This document shows positions 1 to 13,656 of a DNA stretch of 64,000 nt, piece after piece. Location of the stretch: positions 42,336,302-42,400,301 of the forward strand of contig JARDVH010000121.1 of NCBI GenBank assembly GCA_030324005.1, written 5' to 3'. The position numbers were made by a program, and so were the translations under genes. Positions within the stretch are counted from its first letter, which is position 1, and every line of letters begins with the position of its first letter. This DNA is from Negaprion brevirostris (lineage: Eukaryota). The notes under the pieces are model-generated. The model was not told the origin of the DNA and ran no database searches. It saw only the letters and a list, made by a program, of their open reading frames with translations.

Positions 1-996
1 TCTTTCTAAACTTTTTGTACAAAGACTTGGACAGGTCCTTCTAAATATGTCCACTGCAGTGCTTGTTATTCAGTATACTGTTCTAACACTCAGATTTCAT
101 ATCAAAAATAACTTCATTTCTTAGGCTGAAGCCACCATTTAAGTACAAAGACAGAACAGAATCAGCTTTAAAAATGACTGAAACAGCTGCTACTACAATG
201 GCTGAAATTTGCATAAATGTTTCCTACAAATTTCAAAGCCGTTAAAACAGAATTAGGCTGTTTAGAAGAACACATCAGAGACATTCACTTTGGAGGAATA
301 TGAATGGCTCATTTCTTGACTCATTCACAAAACATCCAGGCAGCGCCTTTGTATTCAGCTAGTTTTGTAACAAGCCATTAGATGTAATCATTTGGACAGT
401 AGACCCTACTTGAGGAGGGAACTGTTCCAGTCATAATCTTATCATGTCCAAACCTTGCACCTCGAATCAATTTGCTTTGTCAATGTTTGGGTAACGAGTC
501 AATTGGTGAGGGGGATCAAGTGATGCACAAACTAATTGCTTTTTGTGCTTTAAGAAGCTGCTTTTCTGCAAACTGAAATACACAAGTGGAGATGCAGAAG
601 AAGAAAGACTTTTAGTGGTGTCTCTCTCTCTTGCTCCCTCTTGTTCTCGCTCTCACTCTCGCGCCCCCCCCCCCCTTTTTCTCCATCCATCCCAAATTCT
701 TGAGCACTGCCTGTTCAACCATCCTCGTGAGGGGTAGTGTTATGAATCAGCCCATTAGCTGCTGATGCCAGATATGAAGATATAAATGATTTGTCAGATC
801 GTCTCAATGCAAAATCCAGAAAGAACACTGAGCCAAGATTGAAATCGTCCAAGTCATGTTTCTACAAGATCCATATTACTTAAACTACTTAACCTATCCT
901 CCCCTTTGTAACTTCCTTGTGTGGGCATGTTGTGAACTTTTAAATGCATGCGCGTGAAAGAGTCAGAGCATTTTGTACTGATTTTATTTAGATTGG

Positions 997-1100
997 GGGC
1001 AGGATTTCCGGCTGCACTCGCTTGAAAAGTGGAGATCCCCACTCAACTTTAATGGACCTTTACATGGTCCAGTGGCAGGTGGAATAAGAGAATTCCAGCC
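997..1100. mobile_element. Short MITE-like element (family A, degraded)
   Basis: Ends gggcaggatttcc...gagaattccagcc; similar to 22512-22637, 17262-17389 and 60226-60325. Confidence 0.55.
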
Positions 1101-1790
1101 TGGGTGTTAACTATAATAAATACAACTCTTTTATTTTATAAACATACCAGTAAGCTGCCCGTTTGTGTCTTTCACAGTCACGGCACTTAAATGGTTAAAT
1201 AATCACTGAATTGACAAGCATGTTGTCTTAAAATACCTGTTGCGGCCAATTGAGGAACGTAGAAAGCAGGGAGCCATTCTATCACTTCCCTCCTGACTGT
1301 AAGAGTGTGTGTAGAATTGCTATGACATGTTTTATCAATGCATCATAATGCATCAGAAAGAAGAGAAGATAACAGAATATTTCTGTACATTTATTTACTA
1401 TTTAGTACATTGGTTCTATTCTGATTTATTTCATGTAGAACCTATTCCCACCCCGATCTCTTGATTGCTCCCCATACCGTATTTGTTCCTTTTCTTTCAA
1501 GCAACTATTTCAACCCTATATAAAATAATAATGGATTCTGTTTCAGCCAAAGTCTTGTGGAAGAATGTCCCAACTAATCTGTTGGCTATACCCTTATATT
1601 TTTGCAACTCATTTTTATTTTCCAGGATACCTCAGAACTCTCCCTATTATTTGAAATCCTCTCCCAAATTTCCTCTCCATCCATCCTCTTGGGAGGGCAT
1701 TGGTTCCAATTCAGAATTCCAATTCATTAAACTCATTCTATCGTAATAGTTTCCCAGTTTACATTTGGAATGAATTTAACTGTGATACTA

Positions 1791-2045
1791 GGGGCCAAAT
1801 TTTCCAGTCTTGCCTGTGATGGGTTTCATGGCAGGCAGGAATGGAAAATCTGGAGAGAGGCCAAAAATCAGACTCCTACCAGCAGGAAAAGTTTGCGATT
1901 TCCCCTCGTTCCCCCGTATGGTGGGTTTATCGTATGTCGGGTATCTCGCTGATCAGTGATGGGAATGATATTTGCATCCATTACCAACTCATCGATTACC
2001 AACTCATGCTCATTGAATATGCTACTCACCAGAATTACGTGCCAC
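1791..2045. mobile_element. Truncated end of a GC-rich MITE-like element
   Basis: Begins ggggccaaattttccag with an internal inverted ggaaaatctgg; no second terminus seen. Confidence 0.4.
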
Positions 2046-3774
2046 CTTTCAATCTTGGGATTCAGTTAGGATTCTCACCCTTCTGAAACAAATTTGAAAT
2101 TGAGTTCTGTGATTCTTTGGAGCTATTTTGGTGGCCATATTGTTTTCAAGCCTTCCCTATGTTGCATCCTCTAACAGTTACATTCATTACTCATAACAAG
2201 AGCATAAAAATTTATAAGGCTCGAAAGGCTGCATGGATTTGCCTATTTTATACAATGATTTCCTACATTGACTGCCCTGTGCGCACACCATCCATCCGTT
2301 GTTTCTGGGGCCTGTGTTCTTTTCTATTCCCAGAGCTTCACTGCTGTCTTCTTGCCATCATATTAAATGAGGAAAGAACATTTGTCAATAGGATGCTAAT
2401 GAAGCAAGTATTTTCACACAGAATTCCCAATGTCCGTTGTTCTTGAATTTCGAAACACATAAGCCTCATCTAGGGAATATATTAAAATACAAAAGACATA
2501 CCATCCTTTGGCAATTTGTTAATGAATGCATTCAAAGTTGCAGGACATGAAACAAACTGTCAGGTTGTTAATCCCGTAAAAGTTGATGAAAATCCTAGCC
2601 CAGAATCAAGGGAATTTAAGAGAAGCTGTTTATCCTGCAGGCAATTTGACAAACATGAAGCAATGATCACCTGTATCTACAGAGGAAAGCAAATGTTATC
2701 CTTACAGTCCAAAACCTTATTTATATTGGGTTACAAAGATAATAAGGACATTTTAACTGTTTCTGTTGCTTGGGAACAGATTGAATGAGCGGTTCAAATT
2801 TAACAGTTCCATTTCCTGCTTGGTTTCTGTCAGTGTTTGATTTTAGCCTCGTTGGTTTTAGTAGCTGTGAAAATTCTTGTTCACCAGTGTAAGGAAAAAC
2901 AACAATGCCATTTACATTCAAACCCATGGCTGCAATCAGCTCCCGAGATTGTTCTGGAACTGCAACCCCTGCTTACCACTGTGATCCTCCATCCTTCTCC
3001 CCAATTGGTTCCCAGGGTTACGTGATCCTTAGTCTGCAGATTGATCCTTAAAGAGACAATCACCACAGCAGCAGGGTCAGATGTATTCACCTGGCCCAGA
3101 CAAATGCCTCATGCTAATTGCTTTCTATAATGTTGACATGTCCTCAATTAGATCTTAACTAGATTGTGAGTGGGCTAATAGCTTGATAGCTGAACCGAAA
3201 AAGTAAATAAGACGTCCTCCAGATAAAAACAGCTTTGCTTGCCAAAGACTTTCCCTTGTTCGCATGAGATCCTCCCACAAACCACACCCATCCCATTCCT
3301 CCCCCAACCTTACCTGTAATCTGGCAGAGGGTGCCCCAGCTACCCGATCTTTATCTGTTGATCGCCTGTCTGCACCCTGGGCAGCTTGCATCCATCCTTT
3401 CGTCAGAGCCAATGGCAGAGGGTAAGAGTGGGAGAAACTCCAGGTTAGCCATGTGATGGCAAGAAATTGGAACCCCTCGCATGACTATTCAGACTCCAGG
3501 CTGCATGCATGTAATAGTGTAAGTTGTCATAGAAACATGGAACCCTTGGAGAGCATGTTGGCTCAGTTGGCTGGATGGTCAGTGTACATCAGATTGGTTT
3601 CGACAGCACTGGGTTTGATCCCTCTTCCAAATGAGGATGATTCAGAAACTGCCTCTTTAACATACATATGGCGGAGGTGATTGTCCCATGGGTTGGACTT
3701 GTCTTTGGACAGAGAATTCAAGCAGAAAAGCAAACATTTCCCTACCAAATATACATTGCAGCTCTTGATATAAA

Positions 3775-3901
3775 GGCCAGAATTTTACCGGCGTGCCAGC
3801 CCCAATTCCAGAGGCGGGCTCGGCTCGGAAAACAACATTCTCCATTGGCCTCAGGTGGGATTGTGCAAAACTTGGGCAGATGTGCCGGTAAAATTCTACC
3901 C
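3775..3901. mobile_element. 127-bp MITE (family B), Harbinger-like
   Basis: TIRs GGCCAGAATTTTACCGGC / GCCGGTAAAATTCTACCC (16 of 18 complementary), flanked by aaa on both sides; second copy at 43297-43422. Confidence 0.8.
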
Positions 3902-3996
3902 AAACTGTTGTCTCTGAGCTTTCCCCTGCTCAAGAATGTAATCCAAGCAGATACTCCGCTGCAGTACTGAGGCAGAGTTACATTGCTGGAGATACT

Positions 3997-5324
3997 GGGC
4001 TAAATTTTCCCAAAGCAATTCTAAATGTCAGAACGATGAGAAAACAGAAGTCCTCCGCACCAGTCTATTAGGCAAGCTCCACACTGCAATTTTCCAGCAC
4101 TCTGTCACTTTGTTTGACTGTTGGGAACTTGGCGCTGGTACGGTGGGTGGGTGCGGAGGTCTAAACACGCCGGCAGAACCGGCTTCAGAGAGCGCTCGGT
4201 AACCACTTTGCAGGGTACCTCGACCTGCTGGTGAACAGGGACACTTCCTACAACCTTCCACAGACATCGGACGCACCCCCCCATCCACCGCCTCCGCTTT
4301 CATCGGTGGCATTTTCTCCGTCCACACCAACATAGGTCACTGGCATCAGGGCATCAGGGCCTTCCCGTTGGGTCCCCTGGCAGACCCACGACATACCTCC
4401 ATGTCCCCCCACCCCTGTGACCCCCTTTGTGATCCAGCCCTGCATGACATGCTGCCTCCACACCCCACATAGGCACCCAGTGCATGGGCAACTGTCATAT
4501 TGCATGGACACCCCGTCATAGTGCATAGTCTCCCTCCTCATTGTGCACAGCCCCCGCTCATCATAGAGCTTAGCCCCCCACCCCCATCATAGTGCATTGC
4601 CCCTGCAATAGTGCATAGCTTCCCTCCTCATTGTACATAGCCCCACTCGTCATAGTGCATAGCATTCCCCCCTCCTCATAGTGCATAGCCCCTGTAATAG
4701 TGCGTAGCCTCTCTCCTCAGTGTGCATAGCCCTGCTCGTCATAGTGCATAGCTCCACCCGTCATAGTGCATAGCACCCCATCATCCTGCATAACCTCTTC
4801 ATCATAGTCTGTAGTCCCCCATCATAGTGTATAGCCACCCCGGCTGTCATTGTGCATAGCCTGCCCCCATTCAGGCTCCATCCCTGCTCAGGCCCCAGCC
4901 CCTTGGCACTGCACACTTATAGTGCCCAACTGGCATTTCCAGTGTGCCAGTTGATGTTGTCAGTGTGTCAGGTGGGCACTGCCCAATGTGCTGTGCCCAG
5001 CCATGCCCTGGGGGCTTCAATGGACTCCGATCGCCCTGCTGTGATAATGGCGCCTGGTCTCTGCTGATGGAGACAGTAGCAATTCGTGCTGGCATGACGT
5101 CTCACAGGCAAGGTGGAAAACATCCAGAAGGCAGGGAAACAGTCTGTTCTGGACTCGGTGGTGAGATGGTAATCCAGGCACTCTGATGCTAATAAGCTTC
5201 ACACTCTTTTTAGCCAAGAAAATGGTGGCTGGGAAGATAACAATCCAACTGTGCCAGCCTCTCAGACAATTTTCCCATCTAGTCATGCTGATCAAAAGAC
5301 ATGGCGAGCTGGTAAGGTTGTGCC
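3997..5324. mobile_element. About 1.3 kb non-autonomous TIR element (family C) inserted in a Deu-type SINE
   Basis: Ends gggctaaattttccc / ggtaaggttgtgcc with flanks act/acc. Both ends match 20042-20884 in opposite orientation. SINE-like sequence stops at 3996 and resumes at 5325. Confidence 0.65.
4515..4868. repeat. Minisatellite, about 16 units with core CATAGTGCATAGC plus C-rich linker
   Basis: Units directly visible; higher-order period of 89 nt (aatagtgc at 4607 and 4696). Confidence 0.9.
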
Positions 5325-5346
5325 ACCATCCTTTGGGTCAAACGTT

Positions 5347-5999
5347 GGGTTCAATTTTACCATCAAGTTCGGGCACAAAAACATAATAAAGTCGGGTGTC
5401 AGACGAGAAGTGTGAACTGCACCCCATCTCCGCGCTGGCTCCCCCTTTACCTAGGCCTGAAAATGGCCACATGCCCAACCTTACCAGCACTTCCCCCTTA
5501 ATCCCACGTTCGCCCATCCAGAATCGGCACAAAACAAAAATGTTCTACAAAAGTCCAATTCGGGCGCTCCAGCTCGTGAGGAGGTAATTTCTGAGCNNNN
5601 NNNNNNNNNNNNNNNNNNNNNNNNNNNNNNNNNNNNNNNNNNNNNNNNNNNNNNNNNNNNNNNNNNNNNNNNNNNNNNNNNNNNNNNNNNNNNNNNGGAG
5701 CAACGTCTGTGGGGGCCAGGGGGAGGCATTATCTGACCCAGGAGTGATGTGGCAAGGGAGCCGCATTCTATCAATTTTTTTTCTGCGCAAATTCAGTTGA
5801 AAGCACCAATTGGAGCTGCAGGATTTTGGATGCTTTAAGTCCCGCCCTCAGGCTTCTGCAGCATGATTTGGAATTGCTGACATTTTTTTCAGGCAGAGTG
5901 CGCCTGGAGGCACCTGCAAACAGGTCTAAAAGCCAGATCTGAAACACTCCCAGTTTCAAGTCCACCCAGCACTTTGAATCAAAATAGTAAAATAGGACC
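5347..5999. mobile_element. Non-autonomous TIR element (family D), contains an assembly gap
   Basis: Ends gggttcaattttaccat / atagtaaaataggacc; 5480-5596 is reverse-complement similar to 24340-24470. Confidence 0.7.
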
Positions 6000-6119
6000 T
6001 ATTAAGTCAATGTAATGTTTGCTTGTTAAGAAAGATGTTAAACATTGACATTCTTAAAGGTAGTTCTCTAAATCATGCCGCTGATTCTATATTACCCTAG
6101 GGCAAGGAGCTGAATCCAT

Positions 6120-6210
6120 GAAAAGATCAACCATGAACTTATTGAATGGCAGAGCAGGCTCGAGGGGTCAGAAGGCCTACTCCTGCTCCTAGTTCCTATG
6201 TTCTTATGTA
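6120..6210 (+). mobile_element. CR1/HER1 LINE 3' tail fragment
   Basis: gaatggcagagcaggctcgaggggtcagaaggcctactcctgctcctagttcctatgttcttatgt is a typical CR1 terminus. Confidence 0.75.
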
Positions 6211-7699
6211 CACAGTTGCATAATTTAGCTACACATTCATCTTTTTGTTTTGTGATCTTGCTGAGCCCAAGATACCCAATGAGTTTACTGACATAACAAT
6301 ATTATTTGTGCATTGTAATGCTTTCAGATGTTTATGGGAGAATACAAGGTGCTTTGTGAATGCTGGTTTGCTCATTTTATAAATAGTGCAGCTTTTCTCT
6401 TCTCGTTCTGGATTAGTATGTGATTTCTGAGAATTAACTGGTTTTCCAACTAGTGTGCCGTATGATGTCCTGCAATTAGAGTGATAAGAGTGGTCATTAC
6501 ATCAAAACAAATCAACCAAGGCAAGACCAGAAGGAACTCAAGTAAGAAAATAAAGGAGGTAATAAAATAAAACTGACAGGAAAATTAATGTGCATTTGAT
6601 ACTGTGGTAAAACATGCACCCTAAGGAACAAATTGACAAAAAAGATCACAAGCTGTTACCTCTGGGGATTCTGTTAAAAACCTGACTTTATATTAGTGAC
6701 AACTCTCAACAGCTGAGGCAAATGAAGCACTGCCTGATCAGTTTGTCAGAGGATTCCCTATGCTGAACACTTTTACCAACTTTTCTTATCAATAAAATTT
6801 TATTAATAATAAACTATAAGTGTGGTAGAAATGTAATGAATTGCTATCAACATTTAAATCTCAAATTAATATAACCACACAAAGAACATGTGGTTAACTT
6901 GACTCATAAGAAGTGTGTAACGTATATAGATGAGAATTTGTGGGATTTGCATTTGTGTTCAAGCATTAAGCTTTCTCTAGGTTACTAGATTTTTGTCAAA
7001 CAGAACAATGGAGGCATTGTGATTGAATTTTGTCAAATCAGTTTATTGGGCCACGCATGAAGTGTGCCCCACCTGTCAAAAAGGTTACAGCTAGCATTGC
7101 TAAGCGCATAGAGCAGGAATATGATAGAACCAGGGATTTATTTTTCTGCACTAAGGAAAGGTAGAGATTACTGGGAGAATTTCTGAAGTGGTTTGGAACA
7201 GTGAAATAAATTGCCGGTGAGTAAAAAGCCTTNNNNNNNNNNNNNNNNNNNNNNNNNNNNNNNNNNNNNNNNNNNNNNNNNNNNNNNNNNNNNNNNNNNN
7301 NNNNNNNNNNNNNNNNNNNNNNNNNNNNNNNNTGAGTAAAAAGCCTTTAAGCTGCGGTGGATTGAATTGTCAGAAAAGATTGCTCGTCACTGTATTATGA
7401 ATACAGTTGTTGAAAGATGAAGTTCGATTTAGTTTTCAAATTTTCATGACCAACACAATATGTATATTAAAATGCATATTGCCAAAGAAAAGAATATTAA
7501 TCGAAGCGTGGATTCTAATTTAGACAAAGATCAAACATTTCTCATATTCTAATCAAAATGTAATCTAACTCCATCACTCTGCTGCAGTATTTTAATATTG
7601 GATGTGATTTTCTTCATTGTTTTCCAATTTGTCTGCGTGCCGTAGAGCACAAGTGGCAAACATTGACTCAGCATTACCGGAAAGAAATAGACTGTCTGA

Positions 7700-8128
<429 letters not shown>

Positions 8129-9414
8129 TGAAACTGGATATGTTGGGGGGGTGGCGTAGGAGGTGAGGAGGAGGATTTGGGTTGAGTGAGTGTGTATAAA
8201 ATGTGAGAAATGAGAATACAGACCTAAACCAGACTCCAACCCATTCACTTCCACTTTAACTATTAGGAGAAAGGTGAGTAGATGATCACCTGATTCAAGG
8301 AGGCGGGTTGACATTTTAAATATTGTGATGAGGCTGTGAGCTTCACTACCATTCAGCTTTTCAACTTGGGTAGCCAGGTTTCCCCCGGGCCTCTGTTCAG
8401 ATGAAGGCTTGCCAGATCCAGGAGGCAAGTGTCTTCACAGCCACCTATTGAATCTATTTTGNNNNNNNNNNCCTGAGAAAGCTCCATGATTTGAAACAAC
8501 AACCCCATTCCCCAGCTCAATCTTCGCCAAGAGAACTCCAATCCCATCCCCCCCACCCCCCTGGCAATGCCTTCAGCCTTTGCTAAGGCTTCCAACTCCA
8601 TAGCATCCACATGCACATTTCTTCTGATCAACCCACAGGCCTCCAATCCAACCATCCCCAGCCTCTCATTCTTGCCCCTGCCCATGCCTCTCATCACTCA
8701 AACCCAGGCCTTCAAACACTCCCAAGGTTGCCAATCCCCTCACCTCACCCCCCGTCCCCTCCACTAACGCCCCCTGATTTCCACTCACATCACCCTTACT
8801 GACCAACTTTCCATTTGCAGGATTGACCACTTCTTTTCTGCCCCAATTAACACTCCTCCCCTCCACTAGAACACCATTCTCCTCACCGAGAACAACCCCA
8901 CAGTTCCCCAATTGACCCCTCTTCCCCCACTCCTGGTTTAATCACTTGCCCAACCCTGCAATCTTTATTTTATGGACAAGGAATTCAATAATCTGTAACA
9001 AAGTTACTAAACAGTTCAAAAATGTCCTCAAATATTAGAGTTCATAAAAATAGCTTTATATAGATAATGTTTAAATGGAAAGGAAAAGGTAGATATGACT
9101 CAAATGAATGTGGCATACTCATTCACATAAAAATTACGTCCAGACAGCTTTGCTGATAGAGCAAAAATGCTGTGAATTGAGTTGCTGGTTCACAAACGTT
9201 GCAGATATTATTTACTTTATAGTGGGCACATTTTAGTTAAATCTGCTTTTCTTAATCCAGTGAGCCATTTTTTTCTCGTTTGCTACCGTGACTTATAGAT
9301 ATCGCAGCTTACTTTCACTCCAGTACTCATCGCCTGCATTGCTTTCTGTACAGAGACTTGGGTTTCCAAAATTTGCACCAACTTCAGCTTAACTCTTTCA
9401 TGAGCACATATATA

Positions 9415-11130
9415 GGAATATATGAATTAGGAGCAGGAAAAGGCCACTTGGCCCCTCGGGCCTGCTCCGCCATTCAGTACGGTAGTGGCTGATTTGATTA
9501 TAACCTCAACTCCACATTCCTGCCTACCCTCAATAACCTTTCACCCCCTTGCTTATCAAGAACCTACCTACCTCTAGCTTAAAAAAACCACACAAACTCT
9601 GCTTTCACTGCCTTCTGAGGAAAAAAGTTCCAAAAAGCTTATGGCCCTCTGAGAGAAATAATTTCTCCTCAACTCTGTCTTAAATGGGCGAGTTCTTATT
9701 TTTAAACAATGACTCCTAGTTCTAGACTTTCCCACAAGAGGAAACATCCTCTCCACGTCCATCCTGCTAAGATTTTTCAGGAGCTTTTAAGTTTCAGACA
9801 AGTCACCTCTTACTCTTTTAAACGCCAGTGGATATAAGCCTAGCCTAGCCTATCCAATTTTTCCTCATTTCAGGTATTAATCCACTAAACTTTCTCTGAA
9901 CTGCTTCCAATACATTTACATCCTTCCTTAAATAAGGAAACCAATACTGTCTGTACACAGTTCTCCTGATATGGTCTCACCAATACAGTTTATAACTGAA
10001 GCATATCCTCCTTACATTTATATTCAATTTCCCTCACATTAAATGATAACATTCTATTTGCTTTCTTCTTTACTTGCTGTACCTGAGTACTAGCCTTCTG
10101 AAGTTTACAGGCTAGGACAGCCAGATTCCTCTGCATCTCAGAGCTCTGCAATTTCTTGCCTTTTAGATCATTTAGATTGTTTCTTGTCCTCCTGCCAAAA
10201 ATGGGCAATATTACATTTTCCCACGTTGTACTCAGTTTGCCAGATGTTTGCTCACTCACTTAACGTATCCATATCACTTTGAAACCTCTTTATGTCCTCT
10301 GCGCAACTTACTTTCCTACCTCCCTTTGTGTCATCAGCAGATTTATCAACCATATCTTTGGTTCCTTCATCCAAGTCATTTACATACATTGTAAAAAAAA
10401 TGTATGGGGAGGCAGTGACATAGTGGTGTTGTCACTGAATTTGTGATCCAGGGACCCAAGGTAATCCTCTGGAGCCCAGGTTCAAATGCCACCGTGGCAG
10501 ATGGTGAAATCTGAATTCAATAAAAGTCTGGAATTAAAAATATAATGATGACCATGAAGCCATTGTTAATTTGTTTTTAGAAAAAGCTATCTGGTTCACC
10601 AATGTGGTCTGGCCTGCATGTGACTCCAGATCCACAGCAATTCCCTCAGGGATGCGTATTAAATGCTGGCTCAGCCAGTGATGATGACATCCTATAAACA
10701 AATGAAAAAAGGCTGAGGCTCCAGCACAGACAGATCTCTGTGACACACCACTCTTCACATGTTGCCCACCAGAAAAAAGACCAAATCTCTATTTCCTGTT
10801 AGCTAGCTAATCTTTCATCTAATATGTTACCCCACACATCATGCACTTCTATTTTCTGCAATAACTTTTGACAGTTCATCTTACCAAATGCTTTCTGGTT
10901 CCCCTAAATCTGCAGCATATGCTACTTCTCCAATAAATTGGTTACATCTGATTTCCCTTTCACAAAACCATGTCAACTCTATCTGATTGCCTTGAATTTG
11001 TATGAGTGCCCTGCTATGACAGTTTTAATAATTGCTTTTAACATTTTCCCCATGATCGATGTTAAGCTGTAGTTTCCTGCTTTCTGTCTCTGTTCCTTTT
11101 GAATAGTGGAGTTGCATTCACTATTCTCCA
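9415..11130 (-). mobile_element. 5'-truncated CR1/HER1 LINE (ORF2 3' part), interrupted by a SINE
   Basis: Minus-strand fragments MDVERMFPLVGKSRTRSHCLKI...RRNYFSQR and QVQQVKKKANRMLSF.REIEYK are typical of the CR1 ORF2 C-terminus; 3' tail near 9420. Confidence 0.9.
10405..10710 (+). mobile_element. tRNA-derived SINE nested in CR1
   Basis: A-box-like tgacatagtgg and B-box-like ggttcaaatgcc. Tail aaatgctggctcagccagtgatg...gaaaaaa resembles the 3' end of the LINE at 57517-58305. Confidence 0.7.
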
Positions 11131-12134
11131 AGAAGATAGTTATGTTTTTTCTCCGGGGAACTTGGACATCTACAGAACTGTGTGAGAAATATCTGTTTGC
11201 TTAAAAAATGAACAATATCCTTTTAAGAACAGCAGTTCCAATTTATGGCATTTGCTACCATAATGGGAATATATTTTTAAATCATGTAGAAGTGCACAAG
11301 TAATGCAATTATGCATTGTCTCTGTAATCAGGCTTGACGGTTATTGTAATATTGCTGTGAAGCAGAAATTGCTTCAACAGTACTGAAGTGACAGTGTAAT
11401 GCGCCATTTCTTTATGTTCTAAATCATTGTTATATGGTATTGCCTTTTAAAGCCCAACAGTACTTTTTCTTACTGGATTTTTCCCTAATTGAACAGAACG
11501 GGAAATGTTGCTAATCATGTAACTTCCTTTCAAAGATGATTGGTCTGATGAAAGATTTATTATCATAATCACCTTTGCCATGATACTCACTGTATAGTAC
11601 TCAATTTCCGTTCTGGCGTAGATGTAAAAGTTGGCTTTTAGCCAAGAGAATTCTTGATCTGTTTCTAATTCACTGCTAAACACTTAATAATTTAATTTTT
11701 CCACCTTTTATTTCAAATCATTGTACTTGCATTCACCTTTTCCAAATCCACACAGCTTAGTATTTTTGTGCATTATCCAAGAAAATGATAAATAAATCTT
11801 GGAGTTAGGCTTTAAATGTCAGCTTTTCAACTTAAACACTTAAGGGATTTGGATGATGTACATGGCTAGAGTGTGAAACGTTTTTCATTCTGGTGCCTGG
11901 AGACCCATTCCTTCAGCTGCAATAAATATGACTGATCCTTCCCTTCCAGTCATAAGACTTAGACTTACAGCAAAAAGGTGCTAGTGTAGACTGTCTATGC
12001 ATATTGGTGCTACTGACCTAAGATTGGCAATTATACTATAATTGTAGCATAACCAGAGTGAAGCATGCTGTCGAGTAACAAAGAGGACAAAATTTAAATT
12101 CTACAATTGACACTAAACTGTTATTTTTCCTGAA

Positions 12135-12235
12135 TAAAAACAGAAAATGATGGAAATACTAAACAGGCCAGGTAGCATTTGTGATGAGAGGAATAAAATT
12201 ATCACATCAGGTTGATGACCTTTCGTTAGAACTTT
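12135..12235 (-). mobile_element. Penelope-like terminal-repeat fragment
   Basis: Reverse-complement similarity to 60548-60680. Confidence 0.45.
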
Positions 12236-12402
12236 TCCTTTGTTTAATCACTTTGCGCATTCTGAATCTGTTACAGCATGAACATATCTACCCCTAAGTT
12301 TCAGCTTGTTTTCCTGCCTCTGCTTTGTGTCTTCAAGTTCTATATGTCTGTTCCATACATTTTTCTCTGTAAGGGGCTGCGGCAAGTGCTGCTCTCATTT
12401 TA

Positions 12403-12628
12403 TGGGCGGCATGGTGGCACAATGGGTATCTCTGCTACCTCACAGCATCAGGGACCCGGGTTCAATTCTGGCCTTGGGTCACTGGCTGTGTCGAGTCTGC
12501 GCAATCTCCCCATGTCTACAAGAGTTTCCTCTGGGTGCTCCGGTTTCCTCCCACAGTCCAAAGATGTGCAGGTTAGGTGGATTGGCTAAGCTAAATTGTG
12601 TCAGGAGCACTAGCAGGGTAAATACATG
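12403..12628 (+). mobile_element. HE1-type V-SINE, 3' end cut by a TIR element
   Basis: gggcggcatggtggcacaatgg head; V-domain ggtgctccggtttcctcccacagtccaaagatgtgc. Confidence 0.9.
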
Positions 12629-13656
12629 GGGCAGAATTCCCCCGCCAAAAATTCTAGCTGTCGACTTTGCGTGAAAACTGAAGTAATTCATTGGTTTTAT
12701 CAATGGGAGTTCACAGAAGAATCTCCCACACTCTTTCCACTGCAGAAGCCACCAGCATGAATATCCTTAAATTTCATGGGGCAGGGCCTATTCCCACTGG
12801 AGAGGCTGAAATCAGCATGCTGAGCAGGCCCTGTGCATGCACTAATCTGTCAGTGCCGAGATCAGTACATGCATAGTGGCCCTGCACTGCCAGCCTCCCA
12901 ATCATGCCTGATTTCTTGGCTCTCATGATCTTCTGGTGAGAGGCTGAATGATATATTTAAATTCATTTAACTGAAGATTTGCATGTGTTTACTGAGCCCG
13001 ATGCCCAGTTGTCTGGGCTCACTTGCATTTTTGGCCTTGCCGGGAGAGGTGCTTTTTGCCAAGGAAAGCAACTGCTCCCTATGAATGGAGAACAGGTGTA
13101 CTGCCCTCGCCAGTAGAACCAGAGGCCATTGAGGCCCCATGGGGAGGTTGAGCACAAGCGGTGTGCCAGCCTGGCAATGGTAGCCTGTCACCTCAGTAAT
13201 GCCCATCATGTGCCTTGTGACTGCTCACTAGGCAGTGGCAGTGGCAGTGGCAGGTCCAGTGGCAGAGGGCAGGTCCTATGGTGTGGGGTCTGAACGGGTG
13301 GGGCTTCTGGGGCACAGCAGATGCTTGACAGCTCTCTTTCTCTCAATCAGACATCTGCTGTTGCTATTACGCATGTGCAGCATCATAGGTCTGCACATAT
13401 GCAATAGCTTCCTCTGCTTTTGCTATTGTGCATGTGCAGACACAGAGGTCTGCACGTGTGCAGTTGTTCCCTCTGCTGCTAGCTGGTGAATTAAGCCCCA
13501 CCTACTGCCTGTAGCAGCTAGAAATGATCTAGCTGATTTTTTTCATGCACTATGTGCACAAGATTGGGCAAAAAAATCTGCCCAAAAAATGGATCTGCAA
13601 CTGTCCCATTTACACCCTGGCTGGACACTTAGAATCATTCTGGTAAAATTCCGCCC
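12629..13656. mobile_element. About 1.0 kb non-autonomous TIR element (family C-related)
   Basis: Ends gggcagaattcccccgccaaaaattctagctgtc / gacacttagaatcattctggtaaaattccgccc are imperfect inverted repeats. Confidence 0.7.

Noticed and set aside
620-700. Pyrimidine tract and ORF 543-737 as a possible upstream SAMD10 exon or promoter
   Set aside because: Low-complexity sequence with no SAMD10-like peptide, no CpG island and no convincing splice pair.
4515-4868. CRISPR-like repeat/spacer appearance
   Set aside because: The core is only about 13 nt, linkers are short, C-rich and recurrent, there are no cas genes and the context is eukaryotic; it is a minisatellite.
5481-5600. Peptide similarity between the ORFs at 5481-5774 and 23664-24656 (SEITSSRAGAPELDF vs SELTSSEAGASETDF)
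   Set aside because: Reflects DNA similarity of two family D TIR elements; no evidence of coding function.
7218-7347. Direct repeat tgagtaaaaagcctt on both sides of a 100-N gap (same pattern at 19323-19458 and 49986-50111)
   Set aside because: Typical unmerged contig overlap from scaffolding, not a target-site duplication.
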